The position numbers and the translations under genes are program-made. Under the pieces are notes generated by a model that was not told where the DNA came from, made no database searches, and was given only the letters and a program-made list of their open reading frames with translations. From the IMG/VR virus record IMGVR_UViG_3300020450_000017, positions 8,965 through 72,964 of that record: 64,000 bases of DNA. One strand, given 5' to 3'. This document shows, piece by piece, positions 41,312-51,538 of the stretch. The DNA is from a virus. Numbering within the stretch: position 1 is the stretch's first letter; every line of letters starts with the position of its first letter.

Positions 41312-42245
41312 AACATATATAGTAACTTATAAAAGAAACGATGTTCTAAATGAATTACTAGAGAATATATTTACTAGTAATATATCAGGATATAATTTAG
41401 AAGTTAATATAATAAACAATCATTCAGATTTTTTTATTAATGATAAATTTAAATCGTTAGTAAAGGTCCATCATAATCAATGTAGAGTAGATTGGTCAAA
41501 TGGTAACCTAGCGGCAGATTTTAATTTTGCATTATTAGATGGGTTTCGTGATTTAAATAACCCAGATTGTGATTATGTTGTAACTTTGCAAAATGACGCC
41601 CTATTACACCCCGACTGGTGTGAATGTATAGATAAACAACTACAAAAATTTGATTTTGTTGTAGGTTATTTGGGGGATAATATAGTAGGTTATACCCCTG
41701 AAGTGATAAAAAATGTAGGGTTATGGGATGAAAATTTTTCAGGGGTACAAAATAAAGAAGCTGATTTTTATTTAAGAAGTTTAATCCACCATAATCCTGA
41801 AAAAATTCAAATAAATGATATTTTACATAGAAGGTTAATTAATTATGACCCTGCTTTAACTCTGGATTTAGTAGAAGATCGTGGATTTATAATTAATCAA
41901 CACAATACTTCTAGATTCCCTGATGATGAAGAGCATAAAGAAATAAGAGTAAATATGAATAGTCATAGAAATCAAGGAAAACATTATTTTATGTGGAAAT
42001 GGGAGGGTACAAAGCCATCTTTACAAATGAAAGGAGGGAGTTGGGAAGAACCTGGTTGGTTAATTAATTGGCCAACTGATATGAAAGAAAATCCCCCTTC
42101 CCTGCCTAAAGTTACTCAACATATAAAATATCCATTTTTTGAAAAAAATATAATTGATATAGCTAATAAAGGATATATTACTGATGGTAATTTAATTGAT
42201 AACCCCGGTAGAGAATTTACAATTAAAGAAGTTATTCGCAGATGA
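41298..42245 (+). CDS. Putative glycosyltransferase (GT2-like)
   Basis: IVTYKR, LQNDA, VGLWDENF, EADF. Confidence 0.65.
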   Translation: MKKIKTYIVTYKRNDVLNELLENIFTSNISGYNLEVNIINNHSDFFINDKFKSLVKVHHNQCRVDWSNGNLAADFNFALLDGFRDLNNPDCDYVVTLQNDALLHPDWCECIDKQLQKFDFVVGYLGDNIVGYTPEVIKNVGLWDENFSGVQNKEADFYLRSLIHHNPEKIQINDILHRRLINYDPALTLDLVEDRGFIINQHNTSRFPDDEEHKEIRVNMNSHRNQGKHYFMWKWEGTKPSLQMKGGSWEEPGWLINWPTDMKENPPSLPKVTQHIKYPFFEKNIIDIANKGYITDGNLIDNPGREFTIKEVIRR

Positions 42246-42931
42246 AACTCCTTTGGCAACAGATACCCAGCAGTGAAATAACTACTATATACTGCAATAC
42301 AGATTTTGAGGGCATTGTATTAGATGATGAACATGGTTGTTTTAATAATGAAACACTAGTAACCCTAGTAAAACTTATAAATGCCCACAATAAACGTTCA
42401 TTTGTTAGATTAACAGAACCTAATAAAACTAAAATTCGAACTTTACTAGATTCAGGGGTTTCGGGTTTAATATTTTCTACTGTAGAAGAGGATAAAATAA
42501 GTGATATTATTGACAATTGTTTTTATCCCCCTAAAGGAAAAAGGGGCCAAGGATTAGTAACAGAAAATCTTTGGGGACAAAAACCTCACTTACTCCAAAA
42601 TATATCTCCTATAATAATAGCACAAATAGAAACTCAAGAGGGTATAGCACAGTTACCTAGAATAAATCATTTATTTGACTATTATATGTTAGGACCCTAT
42701 GATTTAACGGCAGATTTAGGATGTGTAGCTGAATGGGATAATTTGGAATATCAAAATGCTATTAATACATTTAATTCAATTATCCCTGAACCTAAAAGAG
42801 CAGTGCATATAGTTTCTAATATAGAAGATGAATTTAAGAACAAATTTAAAAACTATGGTTTAGTTGCACTAGGTATGGATACTACTCTATTAATTAATTC
42901 CTTATCAGATATAAAAAATTTAATAAAATGA
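42242..42931 (+). CDS. HpcH/HpaI-family pyruvate aldolase
   Basis: LDDEHG, FVR, YPPKGKRG, AQIET, GPYDLTADLG. Confidence 0.85.
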   Translation: MKLLWQQIPSSEITTIYCNTDFEGIVLDDEHGCFNNETLVTLVKLINAHNKRSFVRLTEPNKTKIRTLLDSGVSGLIFSTVEEDKISDIIDNCFYPPKGKRGQGLVTENLWGQKPHLLQNISPIIIAQIETQEGIAQLPRINHLFDYYMLGPYDLTADLGCVAEWDNLEYQNAINTFNSIIPEPKRAVHIVSNIEDEFKNKFKNYGLVALGMDTTLLINSLSDIKNLIK

Positions 42932-43560
42932 AAAAAGATTTAATAGTATATATAGCACATATTGATGATTTTGAATGTGCCTGTTATGGATATGTTTTAA
43001 ACCATTATAAAGAGTATGATAAAGTAAAAATCATTACTGCCACAACATGGCCGGCTAAAGTTAACGTTTGGGAAGAAAATAAAAAAGATTTTCCCCAAGA
43101 TCTTCAAAACAAATTAATAGATATTAATTTAGGGTATGAAGCAAGAACCTTATGGAAAAATCTAGATGATATGAAAGATGATTTTTATAGACTAATAGAT
43201 TTTTCTACCCGTTTTGATTTATTAACCCATGATGGTGAAGATTGTCATACAGACCACACAGCATGTTTTACAATAGCAAAAGGTATGTTTAAATACTGCA
43301 ATAGATTTTTAACTATATATTCACCTTCATCTGCTGGTTTAAGACCTAATTTTTTTGTTGGAATGACAGCCGAACAATATGCTATAAAGAAAAAAGCATT
43401 AGATAAATATGATATTCAGAAAGAACAATCATATACAAAACTCGGTTATTATTTACAAAGTGATGAACATTATAATATAGGAAGGGCTCATGTATTAGAA
43501 AATTATGTTTTTGATGATTACCCCCACTACGAAATTTATAAAATACAAAAATGGCTATAA
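42928..43560 (+). CDS. PIG-L/LmbE-like deacetylase
   Basis: AHIDDFE, THDGEDCHTDH. Confidence 0.75.
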   Translation: MKKDLIVYIAHIDDFECACYGYVLNHYKEYDKVKIITATTWPAKVNVWEENKKDFPQDLQNKLIDINLGYEARTLWKNLDDMKDDFYRLIDFSTRFDLLTHDGEDCHTDHTACFTIAKGMFKYCNRFLTIYSPSSAGLRPNFFVGMTAEQYAIKKKALDKYDIQKEQSYTKLGYYLQSDEHYNIGRAHVLENYVFDDYPHYEIYKIQKWL

Positions 43561-44204
43561 TAGATATTTCAAATAATATTTCTTATAAGGAAATAGATAG
43601 AACTCATGGAATTAAAGAAGTAATAACAACTATGAATGGCTGGGGAGTTGATATTAAAAACTCCAAAACATTAGATATGTTTGCCGGGGATGGTAGTTGG
43701 TGTAGTAATATTTTATTACCCCTAGTTAGTAAAAACTCGGTATGTTGGGATATTAATTCTGATAAACTTAAAGTTCTTAACCAAAATTATGGGTTAAAAA
43801 CAGTTAATAGTGATGTCTTAACATCTATAAAAAATAACCAAGAAAATTTTGATATAATACATTGTGATAATCCTTCTTCTGTTTATGGGGAAAATACTAA
43901 AAGATATGAATATTTTGATGTGATCCCTTATATTAAAGATTTATTTAGTAAAGAATGTATTTTTATCCACAATTTAAACACAACACCTTATAATTTTAAC
44001 CCGGATTCAAACTGGGCTAAAAAACGCTCAGAATTTTATAATTTACAGGATACTTCAGATTTAAATCCTAATGAAATTCTTTCCTACCACATAAATTATT
44101 TTAAAGATCAAGGTATAAAAGTATCTAAATCTAGCTATATAGCTAGGGAAATGTATAATGGGAATGTTTATTGGTGGTATTTAGTCTATAAATTAAATAA
44201 ATAA
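43551..44204 (+). CDS. SAM-dependent methyltransferase-like protein
   Basis: LDMFAGDG, WDIN, FDIIHCDNP. Confidence 0.7.
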   Translation: MAIIDISNNISYKEIDRTHGIKEVITTMNGWGVDIKNSKTLDMFAGDGSWCSNILLPLVSKNSVCWDINSDKLKVLNQNYGLKTVNSDVLTSIKNNQENFDIIHCDNPSSVYGENTKRYEYFDVIPYIKDLFSKECIFIHNLNTTPYNFNPDSNWAKKRSEFYNLQDTSDLNPNEILSYHINYFKDQGIKVSKSSYIAREMYNGNVYWWYLVYKLNK

Positions 44205-44206
44205 TC

Positions 44207-44884
44207 ATGAAAGTAGCTATACACCAACCTGAATTTATGCCTTGGTTAGGGTATTTTCATAAAATGAGAGAGGCGGACATATACGTTATTTTAGATAATG
44301 TTCAGTTTAAAAAAAGATATTTTGAAAATAGAAATTACATAAGAAATAATAATACTAAAGAATGGATTACTATTCCTGTTATTACTAAAGGTAAGTACAA
44401 TCAAAATATATCTAATGTTGAAATTTCATATAATGAAAATTGGTGTAAAAAAATCTCAACAACTTTTATAAATAGATATGGTGTAAATAAAGTTACCGAT
44501 TCATTTAATGATTTACTTTTCAACTATACAGCACTACAAAACACTTCATTATTAAACCTTAACTTATCAATCATAGATTGGTTTAGGGATAATTTTAATA
44601 TTACTACACCTATAGTATATCAAAGTGATTTTAATATTAACTCTAATGGAAGTGATCTAATATTAGATATATGTAAAAATATAAAAGCTACAACTTATAT
44701 ATGTGGGCCATCAGGTAAAGACTATCTAAATATAGATAATTTTAAAGCAGAAGATATAACAATAGAATGGCAAGAATTTAATGAGCCAGATTATAATAAT
44801 TTAGGTTTATCACATTTATCTTCGTACGATTTTGTACAACACTTTGGTTTACACTGTTCTGATAAATTTAATAAATTAATATGA
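44207..44884 (+). CDS. WbqC-like protein
   Basis: IHQPEFMPWLGYFHK, DNVQF...NRNYI, YICGPSGKDYL. Confidence 0.88.
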   Translation: MKVAIHQPEFMPWLGYFHKMREADIYVILDNVQFKKRYFENRNYIRNNNTKEWITIPVITKGKYNQNISNVEISYNENWCKKISTTFINRYGVNKVTDSFNDLLFNYTALQNTSLLNLNLSIIDWFRDNFNITTPIVYQSDFNINSNGSDLILDICKNIKATTYICGPSGKDYLNIDNFKAEDITIEWQEFNEPDYNNLGLSHLSSYDFVQHFGLHCSDKFNKLI

Positions 44885-45852
44885 ATATAAAATACTCTAC
44901 ATCAGAAATGGGGTTTGAGGGACTATTTACAGTAGATTATCCCTATTTAAGAGTTTTAGAAACACAACTATTATTTCTAGAAGCTTATCATATTCCTATA
45001 ACTAAAATCCTTCAGTCTACCACTAAATACGATGGAGATTTAATATATAATATAGGTAAGGGAGGGTTTGATAAACCCTATATAAAATATCTTTATGAAA
45101 ACTGTAATAATATAGTAGAACATTTAAAACAAAAATTTCCTAAAGTATACATTTATCAAGATGGAGAAATAGGATGGTGGAACCAAGTTGATGTAAAATT
45201 ACAAGTTTGGTGGTATAATCAATTACAGGAAGCAGATGGTATATTAGTTCCCAATGAAGATGATATACCCTTTTATGAGGGTATATTCCCCGGGGGTAAT
45301 ATAAAAGTTATCAGAAGCGTTATGACTGATAAAGGGTTAGATAAAACTAAATTTAAGCCTAAAGAAAATAGAGTAATCATTAATGGTCCCCTAACTATGG
45401 AATATAATGGTTTTTCTCAAATACTTCTAGCCCATAATACAGGTATGGAAATAGATATCCCCCCTATGGGAGAAAGTAAAATGCCTAAAGACTCATGGGA
45501 TATGGCTCCTAATTTAGGAGTAAGTTATTTAAAGTATATGACTTGGACGGATTGGATGTATAATTTAAGCAGATATAAAATAGGTTATATGTTAATGCCT
45601 GCTATGGCTTCAGGTTCATTTGCCCTAAATTGTGCTTATCTAGGTATTCCTTGCATAGGTTGGAAAAAAGCTGATACACAAAGGATATTATTTCCAGATT
45701 TAGCTATTGATTTATTTGATAATAAAAAAGCATTAGAATTAACTTTAAAACTAACTAATGATTCTGATTTTTATAAAAAAGTAAGTGCTAAAGCTAAAGA
45801 AATATATCATAAAGAATTTACCCAAGAAAAAATGTTAGAATTATTGAAATAA
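44881..45852 (+). CDS. Putative glycosyltransferase (GT-B-like)
   Basis: GSFALNCAYLGIPCIG; position in the glycan island. Confidence 0.6.
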   Translation: MNIKYSTSEMGFEGLFTVDYPYLRVLETQLLFLEAYHIPITKILQSTTKYDGDLIYNIGKGGFDKPYIKYLYENCNNIVEHLKQKFPKVYIYQDGEIGWWNQVDVKLQVWWYNQLQEADGILVPNEDDIPFYEGIFPGGNIKVIRSVMTDKGLDKTKFKPKENRVIINGPLTMEYNGFSQILLAHNTGMEIDIPPMGESKMPKDSWDMAPNLGVSYLKYMTWTDWMYNLSRYKIGYMLMPAMASGSFALNCAYLGIPCIGWKKADTQRILFPDLAIDLFDNKKALELTLKLTNDSDFYKKVSAKAKEIYHKEFTQEKMLELLK

Positions 45853-46922
45853 TGGAAAAAATAACTTTTGTAATACCTAGTAGGAATAATTTAGAATTCT
45901 TACAATTAGCATATAAATCTATTCGTAATCTCGCGATTAAACATGAGATACTTATATTAAATGATGCTAGCACAGATGGTACTGAGGAATGGATTACTTC
46001 ATTAAATGATCCAGATTTAATAACTTATCATAACCCTGGACCTGAACGTATTGGTATAGTTGGTATGTTTGATAAGGGTATTGAAATAGCTAGAACTGAG
46101 ATTATATTTGCATTTCACGCAGATATGGTTGCAGCTCCCGATTTAGATAAGCACATACTTAAACATCTTGAAAGAGGTAAAGTAGTTAGCGCTACTAGAG
46201 TTGAACCGCCCCTACACCCAGATGGTCCCGAAAAAATGTTAGTTGATTTCGGAATCGAAGTAGAAGACTTTGATATAGATAAATTTAATAATTGGGTTAC
46301 TAACGATTATAAACCAAAACACGGAGTACTAACTACAGAAGGTATATTCGCTCCTTGGTGTATGTATAAAGATGATTTTCTTGCTATTGGCGGACATGAT
46401 GAATTATTTGCCCCCCAATCGAAAGAAGATAGTGATCTATTTAATCGATTTATATTAAACGGATATGATGTAGTACAAACTTGGGAAGGATTAGTATATC
46501 ATTTTACTTCCCGTGGAAGTAGATTTAATAAACATGCTGGTGGTGCTGCTGGTAAAAACTCAGATGAATGGCTACATACCACAACTACTAATATGAAAAA
46601 GTTTATTAAAAAGTGGGGTACTGTAGTTCAACATGATCCCCTAATGAAACCCATTATATCTCCTGTTTATAAAAAGAGTATTAATATTACTAATCCTAAT
46701 CCCCAACTAGAAGAAGCATTAGAACCATGGGCTAATGGGGGGAAAGATATTATAGTTGAGATTGATGGGAATACTTTTAATCAACAAGATTTTCAAGTAA
46801 TACAAAAATTAAACGATATTATAAAAGATAGTGGTGAAATAGGAAAATTTGAATTAGGTAATTTAACTATAACCATTAATTCTTTAAAAGAATACCAAAA
46901 CGAATTAATAAAAGTAAAATGA
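45852..46922 (+). CDS. Glycosyltransferase family 2
   Basis: VIPSRNN, NDASTDGT, FHADM, IGGHDELF, EDSD. Confidence 0.85.
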   Translation: MEKITFVIPSRNNLEFLQLAYKSIRNLAIKHEILILNDASTDGTEEWITSLNDPDLITYHNPGPERIGIVGMFDKGIEIARTEIIFAFHADMVAAPDLDKHILKHLERGKVVSATRVEPPLHPDGPEKMLVDFGIEVEDFDIDKFNNWVTNDYKPKHGVLTTEGIFAPWCMYKDDFLAIGGHDELFAPQSKEDSDLFNRFILNGYDVVQTWEGLVYHFTSRGSRFNKHAGGAAGKNSDEWLHTTTTNMKKFIKKWGTVVQHDPLMKPIISPVYKKSINITNPNPQLEEALEPWANGGKDIIVEIDGNTFNQQDFQVIQKLNDIIKDSGEIGKFELGNLTITINSLKEYQNELIKVK

Positions 46923-47818
46923 ATTTTAAAACAGCCGCAGTAACAGGAGGAGCCGGTTTTATTGGCTCAACATTAGTTGATAAATTAATATCTTCAGGGG
47001 TAGATGTTACTATTATAGATAACTTATCTACTGGTAAAAAAGAAAATATAAACCCAAAAGCTAAATTCTTACATAAAGATATTAGGGACATAACTAGTGG
47101 TATGCTAAATAGAATTGATATAGTTTTTCATACAGCTGCTTTAGCAAGGGTACAACCATCTATAACGGATCCTGTTGAATTTGATAAAATAAATGTAGGA
47201 GGAACAGTAAATTTATTAAAAGCATGTGTTGATGCTGGTGTAAAAAAAGTAGTATATAGTGCTAGTAGTTCATGTTATGGGGATGCTACAGTATTTCCAA
47301 CTCCTGAAACCCATTCAACTAACCCACTTTCACCATATGGGTTGCAGAAATATATAGGTGAACAGTATTGTAAAATGTTTTCTCAAGTATATGACATAGA
47401 TACAGTATGTCTTAGGTATTTTAACGTATACGGTGAGCGTATGAATTTTGAAGGTGCTTATAAATTAGTACTAGCTATATTCATTCAACAACACCTACAA
47501 AACACCCCCCTAACAATTACAAATACAGGTGATCAACGAAGAGATTTTACATATGTAGACGATGTTATAGAAGCTAATATATTAGCAGCAAACCATCCTA
47601 ATAAGTTAAATGGGGAAAGCTTTAACATAGGAAATGGTGATAATTTTTCTGTAAATGAAATTGCTGATATTTTTGGTGGTGAAAAATCTTATGGGATAGA
47701 AGTACTAGAGCCATTCCAAACGCTAGCAGATAATAGTAAAGCTAAAACCATATTAGGGTGGAACCCACAAGGAAATCTAAAACAATGGCTTAAAGATTAT
47801 TTAGAAAATATCTCTTAA
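46919..47818 (+). CDS. NAD-dependent NDP-sugar epimerase/dehydratase
   Basis: VTGGAGFIGS, YGLQK, RYFNVYG, RDFTYV. Confidence 0.92.
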   Translation: MNFKTAAVTGGAGFIGSTLVDKLISSGVDVTIIDNLSTGKKENINPKAKFLHKDIRDITSGMLNRIDIVFHTAALARVQPSITDPVEFDKINVGGTVNLLKACVDAGVKKVVYSASSSCYGDATVFPTPETHSTNPLSPYGLQKYIGEQYCKMFSQVYDIDTVCLRYFNVYGERMNFEGAYKLVLAIFIQQHLQNTPLTITNTGDQRRDFTYVDDVIEANILAANHPNKLNGESFNIGNGDNFSVNEIADIFGGEKSYGIEVLEPFQTLADNSKAKTILGWNPQGNLKQWLKDYLENIS

Positions 47819-47839
47819 TATTTATAATAAACAGTCACA

Positions 47840-48205
47840 ATGAAAAAAACGGAATTACACGATATAGTTCTTGAAACCCTTAATGATTATATTACAGAGG
47901 CCGAACTATCTACGGGGGATAATGATTTTACTATTAAAATAGATGTAAACAGAAATCCAACTAAAAAAGGTATCAAAATCCAATTAATTCCCAAAGGAGA
48001 TACTGTATTAGTTGATCCAGATGAAAAAATTGATGTTAATGAAAAAGTACAATCAGCTATGAATTCTAAACTTAGAAAATATGATTTACAAGTTAACATT
48101 GACCCTGATATAAGACAGGCAACGGATAATCCTAACGTGTTAGGTTATTATATTCCCTTGAATCAGTTTAAAAACTTAATTGTAAAAGCTCTTAAAGGAG
48201 AATAA
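47840..48205 (+). CDS. Hypothetical (possible virion-internal) protein
   Basis: MKKTELHDIVLE leader; preceded by ATATTTAT. Confidence 0.65.
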   Translation: MKKTELHDIVLETLNDYITEAELSTGDNDFTIKIDVNRNPTKKGIKIQLIPKGDTVLVDPDEKIDVNEKVQSAMNSKLRKYDLQVNIDPDIRQATDNPNVLGYYIPLNQFKNLIVKALKGE

Positions 48206-48250
48206 TAAAAAATTTTGGTTTTAGGAGCTTTTTTCTTAAATTAATATAAG

Positions 48251-48550
48251 ATGAGAAAAAGACGAATTATTCCAACATTACCTGCTGATTTTTTTAATGA
48301 CGCAAGCAATAAGGTAAAGTATCAAAAAATGTTATACTCTAGCATATTAGACGGTGTTGAGCAAACATTAGAAAACGGTAAACCTAGTTTTATAATGGCT
48401 AGGGTATCAGATGGTAGAAATATTAAGGATGTCTCTATACTTAAAGAATCATTTAAATCTAATCTAGAAACTGTATTAGATTTTTATGAACAAGTAGAAG
48501 AATATGAAAATTGTTCTCGTACTGTCAATCTTATTAAACAGATAAAATGA
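48251..48550 (+). CDS. Hypothetical protein with UVR-like motif
   Basis: LDFYEQVEEYENCSRT. Confidence 0.6.
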   Translation: MRKRRIIPTLPADFFNDASNKVKYQKMLYSSILDGVEQTLENGKPSFIMARVSDGRNIKDVSILKESFKSNLETVLDFYEQVEEYENCSRTVNLIKQIK

Positions 48551-48735
48551 GTAAAACAACATATATTTTAGAAACTAAAACAACACAATCTGGGGTTAGG
48601 GGGGAAAGAATAAGCAAAGTAGTAGCAGAATCATTATCTGAAGCTATCCATATGTTTGCGGGGATTAAGCAATTACGACCAGACCAATTAATAGAATTAT
48701 TTTCAGTTTATGAACAACCAAGTGATGGCAAATGA
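48547..48735 (+). CDS. Hypothetical protein
   Basis: Coupled 62 aa ORF. Confidence 0.55.
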   Translation: MSKTTYILETKTTQSGVRGERISKVVAESLSEAIHMFAGIKQLRPDQLIELFSVYEQPSDGK

Positions 48736-49117
48736 TCAATTAAAACAGGATCTTAAAAATATACTTAAGATTAAAAGTAAAGTTACTAAAGAACGCCCTG
48801 TTAAAGGTTTACTTAAAAAAGAAGCATTTATCCGTTTTATAGAAAATTATAAATATGCTAATGATAGAGCATTAATGCTTAAAATGGAACATGCAATTGA
48901 TTTTGTTAATTTTGAAGAACCATTTGTGCAGTCAATTGAAGCATTACTTGAACTTAATTTTAATAAAAATCAACTCCAAATTATTCATTGGTGGTTATAT
49001 GAAAAATGGAATACTGGGGATGAATCAGTTTTACAATTAAATAATGTAGAAACAGGTGATGAATTACCTTCAGATACATCAGAAGAACTCTGGGACCTGA
49101 TCCAATCATTAAAATGA
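48710..49117 (+). CDS. Hypothetical protein
   Basis: WWLYEK...EELWD; coupled ORF. Confidence 0.6.
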   Translation: MNNQVMANDQLKQDLKNILKIKSKVTKERPVKGLLKKEAFIRFIENYKYANDRALMLKMEHAIDFVNFEEPFVQSIEALLELNFNKNQLQIIHWWLYEKWNTGDESVLQLNNVETGDELPSDTSEELWDLIQSLK

Positions 49118-49767
49118 ATAAAATAATCCTTACAAAGGACGACGTTTTAAGAGCCCAAAAACATACTTTAAGTAATAGAGCAGCAGCTCGTTATTTGGGT
49201 GTTTCATATAATGTATATAAGCGTTATGCGCTTACATTTAATGATAATGAAACGGGCAAAACACTATTTGATAAACATTTAAATCGTCAGGGTAAGGGTA
49301 TTAAAAAACATTTAGGTGGTTATGGTAAGCCAAAGAAAAATATTAAGGCACCGCTTGAAGATGTATTAGAGGGTAGAGTAGATGTTTCACACTATACCGT
49401 TGACATACTTAAATCACGATTAATACAAGAAGGTTATTTAGAAGAATGTTGTAGTAGTTGTGGGTTTAATGAAAGGCGAGTAGTAGATTTTAAAGTACCA
49501 CTTGTACTTAATTTTAAAGATAGTAATAAAAAAAATTGGAAACGAGATAATTTAGAATTCCTTTGTTACAATTGTTACTTTTTAAATGTAGGTAATATTT
49601 GGAGTGATAACCAACTTAAACAAATGGAAGATTATCAAGTAAATAAAAACACTAATAATAAAGACGAGGAGCCAACTTGGGATTTAGATGATACTCATAT
49701 TCAACACCTTAAAGAACTCGGTTTATGGGATGGTGAAGATGGAGATGAATTTATAGATAGAATATGA
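49114..49767 (+). CDS. HTH plus degenerate HNH nuclease-like protein
   Basis: AAARYLGVS HTH; CSSC...LVLNFKD..NW..NLEFLCYNC. Confidence 0.7.
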   Translation: MNKIILTKDDVLRAQKHTLSNRAAARYLGVSYNVYKRYALTFNDNETGKTLFDKHLNRQGKGIKKHLGGYGKPKKNIKAPLEDVLEGRVDVSHYTVDILKSRLIQEGYLEECCSSCGFNERRVVDFKVPLVLNFKDSNKKNWKRDNLEFLCYNCYFLNVGNIWSDNQLKQMEDYQVNKNTNNKDEEPTWDLDDTHIQHLKELGLWDGEDGDEFIDRI

Positions 49768-50243
49768 AACATTTAGTTTTAGCATTAGGATTAGTAGCAT
49801 TGCCAATAGAGCAAAAACAAGAAAGCTTACTATCACCCATCATACCCCTTACTCCGTATATACAAACAAGTAAACAAACTAAAACACTTAAAATAAACAA
49901 ACCAAAATCGCTAGTAGATGCTTTAATTTTGGTTGAATCCGCTGGTAACCCAAACGCGTTTAATAAAAAAGAAAACGCCTGTGGTTGTCTACAAATAAGA
50001 CCCGTTATGGTTAGAGAAATAAATCGTATATTGCGTAAACAAAAGTCAGAACAACGATTCACTAAAGAAGACCGTTGGGATTGTGGATTATCAAAGGAAA
50101 TGTTTTATATTTGGCGCGATTACCACCACAAGATATCGAACGATGAAATAATCGCTCGAAATTGGAACGGTGGGCCAAGAGGATATAAAAAACAATCAAC
50201 AGAGCATTACTGGCATAAAGTTCAATTACAATGGGCAAATTAA
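49764..50243 (+). CDS. Lysozyme-fold muralytic enzyme (transglycosylase-like) with N-terminal hydrophobic segment
   Basis: ALILVESAGNPNA, GCLQI, ARNWNGGP, YW. Confidence 0.75.
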   Translation: MKHLVLALGLVALPIEQKQESLLSPIIPLTPYIQTSKQTKTLKINKPKSLVDALILVESAGNPNAFNKKENACGCLQIRPVMVREINRILRKQKSEQRFTKEDRWDCGLSKEMFYIWRDYHHKISNDEIIARNWNGGPRGYKKQSTEHYWHKVQLQWAN

Positions 50244-50410
50244 AAGAATATCACTTTGGAAACAAGTCATTTAAGGACTACGAGGACGATTTTCTAGATG
50301 ACGATTACCAATACGCTAAATGGAAAAAAGATAAGAACAAAAAGCGTAAGCGTCGTCAACAACAAGAAGGTGAATACGGTGATGAATGGATAGATGGAGT
50401 AGACGAATAA
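50231..50410 (+). CDS. Small charged protein (59 aa, not in track)
   Basis: MGKLKEYHFGNKSFKDYEDDFLDDD...KKRKRRQ. Confidence 0.5.
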   Translation: MGKLKEYHFGNKSFKDYEDDFLDDDYQYAKWKKDKNKKRKRRQQQEGEYGDEWIDGVDE

Positions 50411-50419
50411 AATATTAAA

Positions 50420-50737
50420 ATGGATAAAAAAGAAAGGTTTCAATTAGCAAAGAAAAACGTACTAAAACGTTTTCCTAAGGCTGTTACATTAGCAGACAGC
50501 AGGGGGAAATTTTATGTAGCGCAAGATGGTATAGACATCTGTAATAAAGAAATGCATAAAGCAGTCAAGCGAGGAGCGGGGCTTGAAGAGTTAAATTTAA
50601 TTAAGGAAATTAAACACGCAGATACAGTATTTGAGGCTTGGCTTAATACTGAGAGTATGATAGTTGCTAATCGTGTTATTGAAAGCAATACAAAACGGTT
50701 TAGTGATGAGAAAGTAGCAAATAAAAACTTAGAATAA
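50420..50737 (+). CDS. Hypothetical protein
   Basis: 105 aa ORF. Confidence 0.6.
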   Translation: MDKKERFQLAKKNVLKRFPKAVTLADSRGKFYVAQDGIDICNKEMHKAVKRGAGLEELNLIKEIKHADTVFEAWLNTESMIVANRVIESNTKRFSDEKVANKNLE

Positions 50738-51087
50738 TGAGTGATATAAAAGCAGTTATTATAGGTGTTGCTATATTTTTATTTGTGCACATCATTACTT
50801 GGTTTCAATTAAATGGTCAATTTTTTAGTGAGTGGTTTAAAAATAATAATTTTATATTAGCGTTATTTGGGATTCCCATTTCATATCTTTATATTTATGG
50901 AACTAAGTATTGTTATGAAGGATTTGATGGTTTAATCTGGCCCGGGCGCTTTATAGGATTCGCTTGTGGTATGATCATATTTGCTATATTTGCCTCCTTA
51001 ATTATGAATGAGGGAATAACAGCTAAAACAGGTGTTAGTTTAGCTTTAGCAACTGCATTAGTTGCTGTTCAAGTTTTTTGGAAATGA
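50737..51087 (+). CDS. Small 4-TM membrane protein (DMT/SMR-like)
   Basis: Four hydrophobic helices, WFQLNGQF, WPGRFIGF. Confidence 0.6.
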   Translation: MSDIKAVIIGVAIFLFVHIITWFQLNGQFFSEWFKNNNFILALFGIPISYLYIYGTKYCYEGFDGLIWPGRFIGFACGMIIFAIFASLIMNEGITAKTGVSLALATALVAVQVFWK

Positions 51088-51353
51088 AACAATGTAGACA
51101 TATTTGGTGGAGAAAGATACTTAAATCAATGGTGCGTGATAGAAAACTTACACCATTAGAACGAATGTCATCTCGAATTGGTTATATGGGATCTGGTTTT
51201 TTAGTAGCGGGACAATGGACATTAGAACCAGCTTTATTTATAGCTGGTTTTTTATGTGTAATGTGTCAAGTATTAGTTAGAAAACAATGGAATCTAGTTG
51301 TATTATATATTAATGGTTTAGCAGCTTGGATTACACATTATTTTTATGGATAA
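51078..51353 (+). CDS. Small membrane protein
   Basis: RIGYMGSG...KQWNLV. Confidence 0.55.
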   Translation: MEMKQCRHIWWRKILKSMVRDRKLTPLERMSSRIGYMGSGFLVAGQWTLEPALFIAGFLCVMCQVLVRKQWNLVVLYINGLAAWITHYFYG

Positions 51354-51538
51354 TGAAAATAGGAGACAAAATAGAATTTTATTGCTTTAGTGCTTTAGAA
51401 AAGGGCACTATAGTAGAAATTAATAAGGATAAAACACTACAAATAGCGTGTGGTGGAGTTATTTATCCTGGTGTTCAAACATTTAAAAAATTACCTAAAC
51501 GAAAAAAAGAAATTCCACCATGGTATATATTAAAGTAA
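51326..51538 (+). CDS. Hypothetical protein (start probably 51353)
   Basis: MKIGDKIEF SH3/KOW-like start. Confidence 0.5.
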   Translation: MDYTLFLWIMKIGDKIEFYCFSALEKGTIVEINKDKTLQIACGGVIYPGVQTFKKLPKRKKEIPPWYILK

